From Kiritimatiellia bacterium (GTDB lineage: Bacteria > Verrucomicrobiota > Kiritimatiellia > RFP12 > JAZUKQ01), in NCBI GenBank assembly GCA_045643325.1, contig JAZUKQ010000044.1, positions 1-34,348 of the forward strand: a DNA stretch of 34,348 nt. The letters run 5' to 3'. Position numbers and translations under genes: made by a program. How positions within the stretch are numbered: position 1 is the first letter of the stretch; the number at the start of each line of letters is the position of its first letter. Below, in pieces: positions 15,779 to 24,714 of the stretch. The notes under the pieces are model-generated. The model searched no databases. It had not been told where the DNA came from and saw only the letters and a list, made by a program, of their open reading frames with translations.

Positions 15779-17383
15779 ATGCGGGGAATCCACATTCTGT
15801 TGGCGACCGTGGCGCTTTCGGCGTCCGCGGGCGAGCACCATCTTTTCGACGGCGGAAACTATCCTTGGCGGCCCAAGGCCTTCAAGGGAGCCGAGGTCGG
15901 AGACTACGCAAAGACCCGCGTGATGGACATCCGGTTTGCCGCGGCGGAGTCCGGCGTGCAGATACAGGCGCTGCGCGGAGACCGGCAGTCGAGCGTCGCC
16001 GAGTGGATGACGGAAGGTGCCGAGCTCATTGTCGAGCTGAAGGAGACGCCGAACGCGCCTCCGCCCGCCGTGCGCGTCGAAGTGGCCGCGCAGGACCGCA
16101 CGGTCCAGCCCTCGGAGAAACGGATAATGACCGGCGGACCGGTGGAGACGTCGGAGGCGGCGGTCCGCGGCGGCGCGCGCGAGCTGCGCTTCAAGATGTC
16201 CGGCAAGGACGTCGGACCGAATTTCGCCCCGGCGTCCGTCAAGCTGGTCGGAACGGGCCCGGGACGGCTCGTCGTGACGCGGGTGATTGTCCGCGGTCCG
16301 AAAATTACAGACGACCGCCTTCCCGCGCCGCCGCGGGGGGACGACCGGCATGTGTGGCTTCGGGTGAAGGGGCGCCGGATTGTGACGTCCCCGCTGGCCG
16401 AGGGAGGCGAGCGTCCGTTCGTTCCGGTCGGCGTAGGGTATGGGAAAGACGTGATTCTGCACGGCTACGACGAGGAAGTCGCGGCCTATTGCAAGAGAAT
16501 GGGGTTCAACACAATCCGGTTGGCGTTCTACCACCGCACGTTCAACTCCCGGCCGGACGAGCCGCTGGAGTTCCGCGACATCGTCGGTTTCATCGATCCG
16601 TTGGTCGCGGCGGCGCGGCGGCACGGCCTGTATGTGATTCTCGACGATCATGCGTACTTCAAAAACGAGATCGACGAGGCCAACGCCCGCGGCGAGCAGG
16701 CGTCGGGCGGCTGGACGACGGCCGCGTTCGAGCAGTGGGTCCGGCGTTGGGGAGAGGTTGCCGAATACTATCGCGACGAGCCCTACGTTCTCGGCTACGA
16801 ACTGTGCAACGAGCCGGTGTGCGAGCCGGAGGTGGCGCGCAAATGGTATCAGCGCGCGATCGCCGAGATACGGCGTCACGACCGCCGGCACATCGTCATC
16901 GTGGGGACGCACCATTGGAGCCATTCGCGGGCGATGGAGGCGACATGGGCCGGAATCGCCGACAAACTGGACGAGCCCTACGGGAATGTCGTCTTCGCGT
17001 TTCACGACTATCCTTTGGACGACACGCCGCAGAAGGTCCGTCGGTACCTCGCGGATTTCCAAAACCGTTACGACGTGCCGGTGATGTGCACGGAATTCGG
17101 ATGCGGCGGCACGCCGGAACCTGTCCATCGCGAGACGCAGGCGGGGATGCTGGCGCTGTTCGCGCAGGAGGGCATCGGCTGGATGATCTGGACGCTGCAG
17201 GATGTCCATGGAAAAGGACGGAGTTTTCCGACACGCGCGGAGAAGACGCCGGACAAAAAGTGGCGCGTTCTGGACGGTCCCGGTCTGCGGTACGATATCC
17301 CCTATGTGGACATTTGGGCGCCGGTCGCGTCCATCGTCGCGAGTCCGTTTCCCCGTCCCGCCGAGAAAAAATCCGCCGACTAG
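15779..17383 (+). CDS. Secreted glycoside hydrolase family 5 with N-terminal accessory domain
   Basis: Signal peptide MRGIHILLATVALSASAG; GFNTIRL, YVILDDH, GYELCNEP, FAFHDY, MCTEFG and GWMIW. The start could be 15761 or 15770. Confidence 0.85.
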   Translation: MRGIHILLATVALSASAGEHHLFDGGNYPWRPKAFKGAEVGDYAKTRVMDIRFAAAESGVQIQALRGDRQSSVAEWMTEGAELIVELKETPNAPPPAVRVEVAAQDRTVQPSEKRIMTGGPVETSEAAVRGGARELRFKMSGKDVGPNFAPASVKLVGTGPGRLVVTRVIVRGPKITDDRLPAPPRGDDRHVWLRVKGRRIVTSPLAEGGERPFVPVGVGYGKDVILHGYDEEVAAYCKRMGFNTIRLAFYHRTFNSRPDEPLEFRDIVGFIDPLVAAARRHGLYVILDDHAYFKNEIDEANARGEQASGGWTTAAFEQWVRRWGEVAEYYRDEPYVLGYELCNEPVCEPEVARKWYQRAIAEIRRHDRRHIVIVGTHHWSHSRAMEATWAGIADKLDEPYGNVVFAFHDYPLDDTPQKVRRYLADFQNRYDVPVMCTEFGCGGTPEPVHRETQAGMLALFAQEGIGWMIWTLQDVHGKGRSFPTRAEKTPDKKWRVLDGPGLRYDIPYVDIWAPVASIVASPFPRPAEKKSAD

Positions 17384-17538
17384 CCCCGGACGCGCCCGCG
17401 TCCGCGACATGCGGCCGGAAGCGGCGTTCCCGTCCAGACCACCGTCGTGCCCCGCGCGGTGTTTGGAAGAGACGGAACGGCGCGTTTTATGATATGCTAG
17501 CGCCGGACGTGTGGGGAATGTATGAAGCGAGCTGCGCG

Positions 17539-18450
17539 ATGAGCGAAAACACAGAATCGAGAAAAAAAAGCGGTATGGCCGGTTCCCGGTTCCTCCCGGT
17601 TGCCGGACTCGTCCTTTTGACCGTCCTTCTGGCGGCGGTCGTCTGGGGCGGACTCCGGTATCGGCGGACCTCCGTCGGCGCAGAGTCGTCGATGACGGCC
17701 GTGATTCCGGTCGGAGGGGCGAACTACACCGCGGACGGTGTCCGGATTCACGGCGCCGCGCCCGGCGAATGGTCCCATGATGTCGACGCCGTGTTCGCCA
17801 AGGCCGCGGAGGAGAAACTTCCCGTTCTCGCCGTCTTCACAGGAAGCGACTGGAACGACTGGCACAAGCATACCTGGAAGCACGTCATCGACACCCCGGA
17901 ATGGAAAGAGTGGTCCGGGTCTCGGCTGATGCTCGCCTGGATCAACTTTCCGAACGACGCCTCGCTTGTCCCGAAGGAGTATGAGTACCGCAACATCAAG
18001 CTGTCCCGCGAGACCGGCGTCGACGGCTATCCGACGTTCGTCGTCTACCGCGGCGCGAACAAGGATGTTTTCGGGCATATCTCCGCGCGCGGCGACGCGA
18101 CGCCCGCCTCGTTCATCGCCCAGGTGGCCCGCACCTATCTCGACCATATGCCCGGCGGCGTGAAGGCCTCCCTCGGCGAGGCGGACATCGCGGCCGTCGA
18201 GGCGGTCCGCAAGGCCGTCGAACAGCCTCGTAAAGACCTGAACGCCGTCTTGGTCAAGGCGAACGAGGAATACAACGAGCTGGTGAAAAAAGGGACGAAG
18301 AAAGAGGAGATGGACGCCTGGAGAAAAGCCTCCGACGCGGAACTCGCGCCGCTTCAGGAGCCTGTGAGGCGTCTGACCGAGCAGGAGGACGCGTTCTACC
18401 TGAAGGCGTTCGACGCCTGCCTCGCCCGTCTGCGGGAGGAGACGAAATGA
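17539..18450 (+). CDS. Membrane-anchored thioredoxin-fold protein lacking CxxC, with C-terminal coiled coil
   Basis: The real gene is the 3' part of ORF 15865-18450. It has an N-terminal TM helix, 'W..D.D...AKAAEEKLPVLAVFTGSDWNDWH', the cis-Pro loop 'GVDGYPTFVV' and a helical K/E-rich tail. Confidence 0.75.
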   Translation: MSENTESRKKSGMAGSRFLPVAGLVLLTVLLAAVVWGGLRYRRTSVGAESSMTAVIPVGGANYTADGVRIHGAAPGEWSHDVDAVFAKAAEEKLPVLAVFTGSDWNDWHKHTWKHVIDTPEWKEWSGSRLMLAWINFPNDASLVPKEYEYRNIKLSRETGVDGYPTFVVYRGANKDVFGHISARGDATPASFIAQVARTYLDHMPGGVKASLGEADIAAVEAVRKAVEQPRKDLNAVLVKANEEYNELVKKGTKKEEMDAWRKASDAELAPLQEPVRRLTEQEDAFYLKAFDACLARLREETK

Positions 18451-18923
18451 AACGGATTCTGACAGCGGAGGAGATGCGCGCCGAGCGCGACCGGCTCCAC
18501 GCGGAGGGCAAGACCCTCGTCTTCACCAACGGCTGCTTCGACATTCTTCACCGCGGCCACGTCACCTACCTCCAGTTCGCCCGCGACCAGGGCGACGCGC
18601 TCTGCGTCGGGCTCAACTCCGACGCCTCCGTCCGGCGCGCCAAGGGGCCGTCCCGTCCCGTTGTCGGGCAGGAGGACCGCGCGGTCGTCCTCACGGCGCT
18701 CCGGTGCGTCGACTATGTCGTCATTTTCGACGAGGACGAGCCGAAGCGCCTCATTTCCGATATCCTTCCCGACGTTTTGGTGAAAGGCAGGGACTGGGCG
18801 CACTATGTGAGCGGCCGCGAGGTAGTCGAGGCGCACGGAGGCCGTGTCGTTCTCGCGGACATGGTCGAGGGCCGGTCGACGACCAACATCATCAAAAAAG
18901 CGCAGGGAAACACACCGAATTGA
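18447..18923 (+). CDS. rfaE2: D-glycero-beta-D-manno-heptose 1-phosphate adenylyltransferase
   Basis: VFTNGCFDILHRGHV, VGLNSDASVRRAKGPSRP, PDVLVKG and GRSTT. ATGA overlap with the upstream gene. Confidence 0.92.
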   Translation: MKRILTAEEMRAERDRLHAEGKTLVFTNGCFDILHRGHVTYLQFARDQGDALCVGLNSDASVRRAKGPSRPVVGQEDRAVVLTALRCVDYVVIFDEDEPKRLISDILPDVLVKGRDWAHYVSGREVVEAHGGRVVLADMVEGRSTTNIIKKAQGNTPN

Positions 18924-19098
18924 TTTGGTTTTCGGGCCGATACGGAGTAGAATCTCCGGCGGCGGCGGGAATACCGTCCGTCCCTTCCCGGAAGGAGGAG
19001 GCGCCTTCCTCCTCCCGCGCTCCGCGCGACCCGCCGACGTGATTTTTCCGACACACTCCCCGACCTCTCGCACCGTCCAACCGCCCACCTCTTCGAGC

Positions 19099-20661
19099 AT
19101 GCACACACTGATTCCCGCTCCGCGCGAACTCGTCGAACATTCGGGTTCCTTCCCGTTTTTCCAGACCAGCACCATCGGCTACAACGGCACGATGGAGACG
19201 TTGGAAGTCGCGACACTTCTCGCGGACTACCTCCGCCCCGCGACCGGTTTTCCTTGGCCTGTCGCCGAGGGCGACGGATCCATCACGCTTGTCCAGACAG
19301 GCGATCCGCTTCCCGACTCCTGCGGATTCGTTCCCGAGAACTACACCCTCGTCGTGTCGCCGGAGAAAGGCGTCCGGATCGAGGCGCTTTCCGCCGCCGG
19401 CCTCGCCCGCGGCATCCAGACGCTCCGTCAGTTGTTCCCCGCGGAGATTTTCTGCGACAAGCTCGTCCAGCGCCCGTGGAGCGTTCCGGCCGTGGAGATC
19501 CGCGACAGTCCGGAATTCCGGTGGCGCGGGCTGCATCTCGACGTCGGCCGCCACTTCTTCTCGGTCGACGAGGTCTGCCGGTACATCGAGCTGCTCGCGC
19601 AGCACCGCATGAACATGTTCCACTGGCATCTCACCGAGGACCAGGGATGGCGGATCGAGATCAAGAAATATCCCCGTCTCACAAGCGTCGGGTCCGTGCG
19701 TAAGAAGACGCTTGTCGGCCATCATGGGACGTATCCGCACACCTTCGACAACACCCCGTACGGCGGATTCTACACGCAGGAGGAGGTCAAGAAGGTCGTC
19801 GCCTTCGCCGCGCGCCGTCATGTGACCGTCATGCCGGAGATCGACATGCCCGGGCACATGGGCGCCGCCATTGCCGCGTATCCGGAATGGGGCAACGGCA
19901 TCGTCGCGTGTCCGGAGGTCCGTCCGATGTGGGGCATCTCGACCTTCGTCCTCAATTTGAACGACGCCACGGTGAAGGCCTGCGAGGAAATCTGGAGCGA
20001 GCTGTTCGACCTCTTCCCCTCGAAATTCTTCCATTTGGGAGGCGACGAGGCCCCCACGAACGAGTGGGAGCTCTCCGACGAGGCGCAGGAGGTGATGCTT
20101 GCCCGCGGACTTCATTCGCCGCGCGCGATGCAGTCGTGGTTCACCCGGCACATGATCGGGTTTTTCGCGGCGCATGGCCGCCGTCTGGTCGGCTGGGAGG
20201 AGATTCTCGACGGCGAAAATCTCGACACGGCGGCCACTGTCATGAGCTGGCGCGGAAAGGGACGCGAGTTCGACGCCGTCCGGACGGGGCACGATGTCGT
20301 CATGGCGACCAACCAGTTCCTGTACTACGACTATTACCAGGAGGATCCAGAGCCCGGCGCCACGGTGCGCATCGGCGGACTCTGCCCGCTTTCCCGCATT
20401 TATAACGGGTTCAAGCCCGTTCCCGACGGGATGACCGCCGCCGACGCGAAACACATCCTCGGCGCGCAGGGACAGCTTTGGACGGAATATATCCCGACGA
20501 TGAAAGACCTTGAGGAGATGGCCTATCCGCGCGCCTGCGCCCTTGCGGAAACCCTGTGGATTCCGCACGGACAGCGCGACTACACGGACTTCCTCCGCCG
20601 TCTCTCCGCGCACCGCGGGCGCCTCGCCGCCCAGTCCGTCGCAGCGTTCCCGCGTCCGTAG
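19099..20661 (+). CDS. Beta-N-acetylhexosaminidase (GH20), no signal peptide
   Basis: LIPAPR, WRGLHLDVGRHF, FHWHLTEDQGWRIEIKKYP, PEIDMPGH, catalytic HLGGDE and LWTEYI...YPRACA. Confidence 0.93.
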   Translation: MHTLIPAPRELVEHSGSFPFFQTSTIGYNGTMETLEVATLLADYLRPATGFPWPVAEGDGSITLVQTGDPLPDSCGFVPENYTLVVSPEKGVRIEALSAAGLARGIQTLRQLFPAEIFCDKLVQRPWSVPAVEIRDSPEFRWRGLHLDVGRHFFSVDEVCRYIELLAQHRMNMFHWHLTEDQGWRIEIKKYPRLTSVGSVRKKTLVGHHGTYPHTFDNTPYGGFYTQEEVKKVVAFAARRHVTVMPEIDMPGHMGAAIAAYPEWGNGIVACPEVRPMWGISTFVLNLNDATVKACEEIWSELFDLFPSKFFHLGGDEAPTNEWELSDEAQEVMLARGLHSPRAMQSWFTRHMIGFFAAHGRRLVGWEEILDGENLDTAATVMSWRGKGREFDAVRTGHDVVMATNQFLYYDYYQEDPEPGATVRIGGLCPLSRIYNGFKPVPDGMTAADAKHILGAQGQLWTEYIPTMKDLEEMAYPRACALAETLWIPHGQRDYTDFLRRLSAHRGRLAAQSVAAFPRP

Positions 20662-20716
20662 GTTTTCCGGATACGCGAAAAACGATACAACCTGACGAAA
20701 CGGAGCGCATCCCGCC

Positions 20717-21817
20717 ATGACGGACTTTGATCTGGAGAAATTCTGGGCGAACGATGAAGCCGCGCACCGCGACAACTGTTTCTGCGACGGCCCCCAAGTC
20801 GCGTTCGGCGTCCGCATGAGCGGGGAATGCGTCTTCGCCGAGCTCGGCGAGGAGGGGGAGCCTTGGGGGCGCACGCCCCTTGCCCGCCGCCGCGACCTCA
20901 ACCGCCGCTATAACGACAAGGCCGAGAAAATCGTCGGCCGCCGCCTGTTGCAGGAGGAGTTTCTTCCAGAAGACGCCGCGCTGCCCTATGTGAAACGCAT
21001 CGGCGAGGTGTTCGGCGGCACGTACGCGATGCGGAACGGCACCGAGTGGCTCGAGGCGTGCATCTCCGGTCCGGAGGAGCTTGTGAAAGTTCTGGACCGC
21101 GTGGAGAAGATGGACCTCCGCGAGTTCATGCTCCCGAAGAATTGGGAGTCGGAGAAGCGGCGCGTCTTCGAGACGTACGGCGTCAAACCGCGCGGGATGC
21201 ACGGAATACGCGGCCCCGTGACCCTCGCCTGCTCGCTGATGGGGACCACCGAATTCCTGTATTTTCTTGTCGACGAGGAGGAGCTCGCGAAGCGCTGGTT
21301 CTACGACATCGGCGAGGTGGCCATCCGCATGGCGGAGATCATGGACGAGGAGGCCGGGACCGTCGGCGCGCGCGGATTCGGCTTCTACGACGACAACTGC
21401 TGCCTTCTCTCCCCCGAGATGTACGAAATCACGGGCTATCCTGTGCTCAAGCGCGTCTTCGAGCGCTTCTCCCCCGACCCGGGAGACTGGCGTTTCCAGC
21501 ACAGCGACAGCGCGATGGGGCATCTCCTGCCGATTCTCGGACGCCTCGGCTTCCACGGCGTCAATTTCGGTCCGACCGTTCTCGTGCCGGAAATCCGGAA
21601 ATATCTGCCGTGTGCCCGGATCGACGGCTGCGTCGCGCCCTATACATTCATGCGCAACGACCGCGAGGGCCTTGTCCGCGAGGTCCGGCGCGACTGCGAG
21701 GCGGGACTCCGGTACGGCGGCGTCAACATCACGACCGCGGGCTCCATCAACAACGGCTCAAGCTTGGAGAGCATGCGCCTCATGATGGAGACGATTTGGG
21801 AGTACGGACGTCGCTGA
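20717..21817 (+). CDS. Uroporphyrinogen decarboxylase (UroD/MtaA)-fold protein of unknown function
   Basis: GPVTLACSLMG..EFLY, DDNCCLLSPEMY, HSDSAMGHLLP and IDGCVAP follow the URO-D/CIMS-like barrel pattern. It lacks the HemE RQAGR motif. Confidence 0.7.
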   Translation: MTDFDLEKFWANDEAAHRDNCFCDGPQVAFGVRMSGECVFAELGEEGEPWGRTPLARRRDLNRRYNDKAEKIVGRRLLQEEFLPEDAALPYVKRIGEVFGGTYAMRNGTEWLEACISGPEELVKVLDRVEKMDLREFMLPKNWESEKRRVFETYGVKPRGMHGIRGPVTLACSLMGTTEFLYFLVDEEELAKRWFYDIGEVAIRMAEIMDEEAGTVGARGFGFYDDNCCLLSPEMYEITGYPVLKRVFERFSPDPGDWRFQHSDSAMGHLLPILGRLGFHGVNFGPTVLVPEIRKYLPCARIDGCVAPYTFMRNDREGLVREVRRDCEAGLRYGGVNITTAGSINNGSSLESMRLMMETIWEYGRR

Positions 21818-21981
21818 GCCGCGTCGTCTGGAAATCGTGATTTTCCGGAGCAGTCCGTATCGCCGCCGCACTCCGGAGAGGAAAGAGGTGTTCCGCCTGT
21901 TCCGGCCGGAGTCACGGAAATTGCTTAGTAATTTGTATTCCCGACGTCAAAGCCGTCCTCACCGTCAGTTTTCCCTTTTCC

Positions 21982-24222
21982 GTGAAATCCATCCGCTTTT
22001 TCTTGTCGTCCCGCGCCGCCTTCCTCGCGTGTGTGTGCGTACTCGCGTGTGCATCCGTGTCGTCTGCCGAGGACGCACCCGCGGCTCCTTCGTTCACTCC
22101 GTCGCCGGCGTGGCGGGAGGATTCCTCCCCGGTCCGCTATGTGTTCGGCAAACCGGAAGGGGCGCAGATTTCGCTTCTTTCGTTCCCCGGCTCGCTGAAT
22201 GACGGCGGGGCCGTTCAAGAATTCGCCGCGCGCTCCGGCGATGTCGAGTTGGCGACCCGGATTATTTCGAACGACGGGACAAACGCGCATGTGTTCGTCC
22301 ATTCGGGCCCTGTTTCCGACGGCGGTTTGATCGAAGTCTATCCGCTCGCCGTCAAAGTTCGCCCCGACACGAATCTGACGGACGGTCTTCCGATCGACTG
22401 CGCCATCCGGGGAGTCGACATTCAGGATGTTCCGGCCGGTTGGAAAGAGTATCAGTTTCTTCGGAACAAGCTTCCCGGTCCCTACGCGCGCTATAAAGCC
22501 CGGACGTTCGAGGAATGTGTCTCCAACGAGGTTTTCAACAACAACGACATTCGCCGCGCGATGTTCCGTCATGTGAACAGTTTCGAGTTCACGACCACGC
22601 TGAACATCCCCGAGGCGGGCGACTACCGGTTCGATCTCGCCGGCCGCAATACCTGTATTCTGGTCATCGACCCGGAGGAGAGAGTCATCGCCGAGTCTTC
22701 GGTCCCCTTGCCTTTCGGTGGACGTCGTCATGACAACTCCGAGGCGCTTCCCGAGAACTGGATTCCGGGCGAGACCGTCCATTTGGAACCGGGGCCTGTC
22801 CAACTTCGGTGCATCCAGCTTACCCGCCGTCACCCCAATGTGCGCGTCCGCTGGCTCCGCCCCGGGAATACCGATACGACTCCCGTTCCCGCGGACGTGT
22901 TTTTGACCGGATCGCGCGTCGAACCGGTCGTCCGGGAGGAGCGCAGGGATCGCCCCGTTCATGTCGGAATCAAGGCGACCGCGTCCGCCCCCTTCCAGTT
23001 CCACCGCACCGAGGGATTGTTCGTCCTGCTTGATCTCGAGGCTCATCCCGCTGTTTGGAACGGCGGAAGCCCCGATGATTTGTCGTTCGAATGGAGTGTC
23101 GACGGCGAGCCCGTGGGAAAGGGGAAGACGCTTCGCACGGTCATCTCCTCGGGACGCCGTGTCATCCGTGTCACCGCCGTCTCTCCCGACGGACTGTCTG
23201 TCTCGGCGGAGAAAATCCTCGAGAATCCTCCCATCGCCCGGACGGAATATCGGATCGACGCGGCGATCCGCGGCGTTCCGGGGCTTCTTCGGGAGACCGA
23301 TCTCGTGTGGCCCGACTTGTGGGTCCGCGGAACGCTTCCCCGTCAGATTCCGGTCTCCGCCGAGCTTCGGGTTTTCGGAAAAGACGGCTCCACCCTGTTC
23401 GAAAAGACGGATTCCGTCCGCCTCGTCAAAAGTTGGGGAAGGCTTCTGGGCGACCCCGTCCGGGTTTCCGACGCCTTGGAAATCTCGTGGAAACTCTTTA
23501 TCGGTCCGTGTCTGCTCGCCTCGAATACTGTGACGCTCGTCCGCGATCCCGCCGATGCCGTCCCGACGGGCGCGTTCGGCGATCAGTTGATGGCCGGCGA
23601 CCGCCCGGTGTCGCTGGTGCTCCGGCATGAGCGGACCGAAGACGACGGACGCGCCGTCGAACGCCTCCGCGCCGCCGAGCGCGTGGTGTGGCTCGACGAC
23701 ACGTTCACACCCCTTACCGCCGTCGCGGCGGACACCAAACCGCCTCTGACCTCCGAACTGGAGAAATCGCTCGGAAAACCGGTGGAGTTTCTCGCGCCGG
23801 AGGCGCTTTCCGACTCCACGGCGCCGGAGGCCCTGCTGCCGCTCTCCCCGCTGGGCGGACTCCGGACGATTCCCGACAAGACCGCGGTGGTTCTCTCGCT
23901 CGGCCGGGACACGTATCTCAACCGTGTTCCCGCGGAGGAGTTCGAACTCCGCCTTTCCGCCTACTGCGCCATCCTCTCGCGCGGACTCGGGCATTCCGTG
24001 CTGCTTGTGACGCCTCCGCCGTTTTCCGAGGATCCCGCGGCGTTCCGCCCGTATGCCGAGGCCGTGCTCCGCGTGGCCGACGCCTACGCGATCCCGGTGG
24101 CCGACGCCTATTCCGCGTTTGCCGCCGCGTCCGGTAAAAAGGCGTTGACAGACGGACTGGATGTCGGACCTGACGGAGGGTCGCTCGCCGTCAGGCTGCT
24201 TCTGCGGTTTCTTGGAAAGTGA
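21982..24222 (+). CDS. Large secreted multidomain protein (PA14-like, PKD/Ig-like, degenerate SGNH-like C-terminus)
   Basis: Signal peptide; 'FTTTLNIPEAGDYRFDL...VHLEPGPVQL...VRWLRPG' (PA14-like); 'FEWSVDG...GKTL...VIRVTAV' (PKD-like); 'VLLVTPPP...YAEAVLRVADAYAIPVADAY' (SGNH-like). Confidence 0.65.
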   Translation: MKSIRFFLSSRAAFLACVCVLACASVSSAEDAPAAPSFTPSPAWREDSSPVRYVFGKPEGAQISLLSFPGSLNDGGAVQEFAARSGDVELATRIISNDGTNAHVFVHSGPVSDGGLIEVYPLAVKVRPDTNLTDGLPIDCAIRGVDIQDVPAGWKEYQFLRNKLPGPYARYKARTFEECVSNEVFNNNDIRRAMFRHVNSFEFTTTLNIPEAGDYRFDLAGRNTCILVIDPEERVIAESSVPLPFGGRRHDNSEALPENWIPGETVHLEPGPVQLRCIQLTRRHPNVRVRWLRPGNTDTTPVPADVFLTGSRVEPVVREERRDRPVHVGIKATASAPFQFHRTEGLFVLLDLEAHPAVWNGGSPDDLSFEWSVDGEPVGKGKTLRTVISSGRRVIRVTAVSPDGLSVSAEKILENPPIARTEYRIDAAIRGVPGLLRETDLVWPDLWVRGTLPRQIPVSAELRVFGKDGSTLFEKTDSVRLVKSWGRLLGDPVRVSDALEISWKLFIGPCLLASNTVTLVRDPADAVPTGAFGDQLMAGDRPVSLVLRHERTEDDGRAVERLRAAERVVWLDDTFTPLTAVAADTKPPLTSELEKSLGKPVEFLAPEALSDSTAPEALLPLSPLGGLRTIPDKTAVVLSLGRDTYLNRVPAEEFELRLSAYCAILSRGLGHSVLLVTPPPFSEDPAAFRPYAEAVLRVADAYAIPVADAYSAFAAASGKKALTDGLDVGPDGGSLAVRLLLRFLGK

Positions 24223-24249
24223 CCGAGCGCGAGACGGCCGCCTTCGCGC

Positions 24250-24599
24250 CGGTGTACTCCCTCGGCCGCAACGGTAGCCTCCCCGCGCTCGTCGCCCGCC
24301 GCAGGCGCCTCCCTTGACGGAGGTGCCCCGCAGGGGCGGAGGGTGTTGCCGCAGAGAGGAGAGAAAACACCCCCAGCCGCAAGCGGCAGCCCCCTCGAGG
24401 GGGCCGGGCTCCGCCCGATTGCGGCGCCGCATCTTTGCGGCGCACGGTGTACTCCCCCAGCCGCAAGCGGCAGCCCCCTCGAGGGGGCCGGGCTCCGCCC
24501 GAAAGCGGCCGCGTGGCGCCATCGCCCCCCCGCGCCCGTCGCCCGCCGCAGGCGCCTCCCTCGAGGGAGGTGGCGCGAAGCGCCGGAGGGTGTTGCCGC
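24250..24599. repeat. Composite array of REP-like palindromic units (BIME/REPIN-like)
   Basis: Unit X (49 bp) is exactly duplicated at 24370-24418 and 24454-24502, with a degenerate partial copy at 24250-24284. Unit Y lies at 24281-24352 and 24527-24599. The Y-X pair recurs inverted at 135-257. Confidence 0.88.
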
Positions 24600-24607
24600 G
24601 AAGAACC

Positions 24608-24641
24608 AAAAAAAACGCGGACTCCTTACGGAATCCGCGTT
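24608..24641 (-). terminator. Rho-independent terminator of the Spy/CpxP-like gene
   Basis: The minus strand reads AACGCGGATTCC-GTAA-GGAGTCCGCG followed by a T8 tract. Confidence 0.8.
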
Positions 24642-24714
24642 GGATCATGAAACGTCCTGGAATGTGGCGGACGAGCGCCGTCGCACCCGTTCCGGGCGTC
24701 AGGCCAAAGGGTCG

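Noticed and set aside
15865-17538. N-terminal ~560 aa of the 861-aa ORF 15865-18450
   Set aside because: It is an Arg/Gly/Ala-rich off-frame read-through overlapping the GH5. Only the part from ~17539 looks like a real protein.
20717-21817. Calling either UroD-fold gene hemE
   Set aside because: Both lack the HemE N-terminal RQAGR signature, and there are no tetrapyrrole genes nearby.
24250-24599. Repeat array as a CRISPR or IS element
   Set aside because: The units differ in type and orientation, with no regular spacers, transposase, terminal inverted repeats or evident target duplication.
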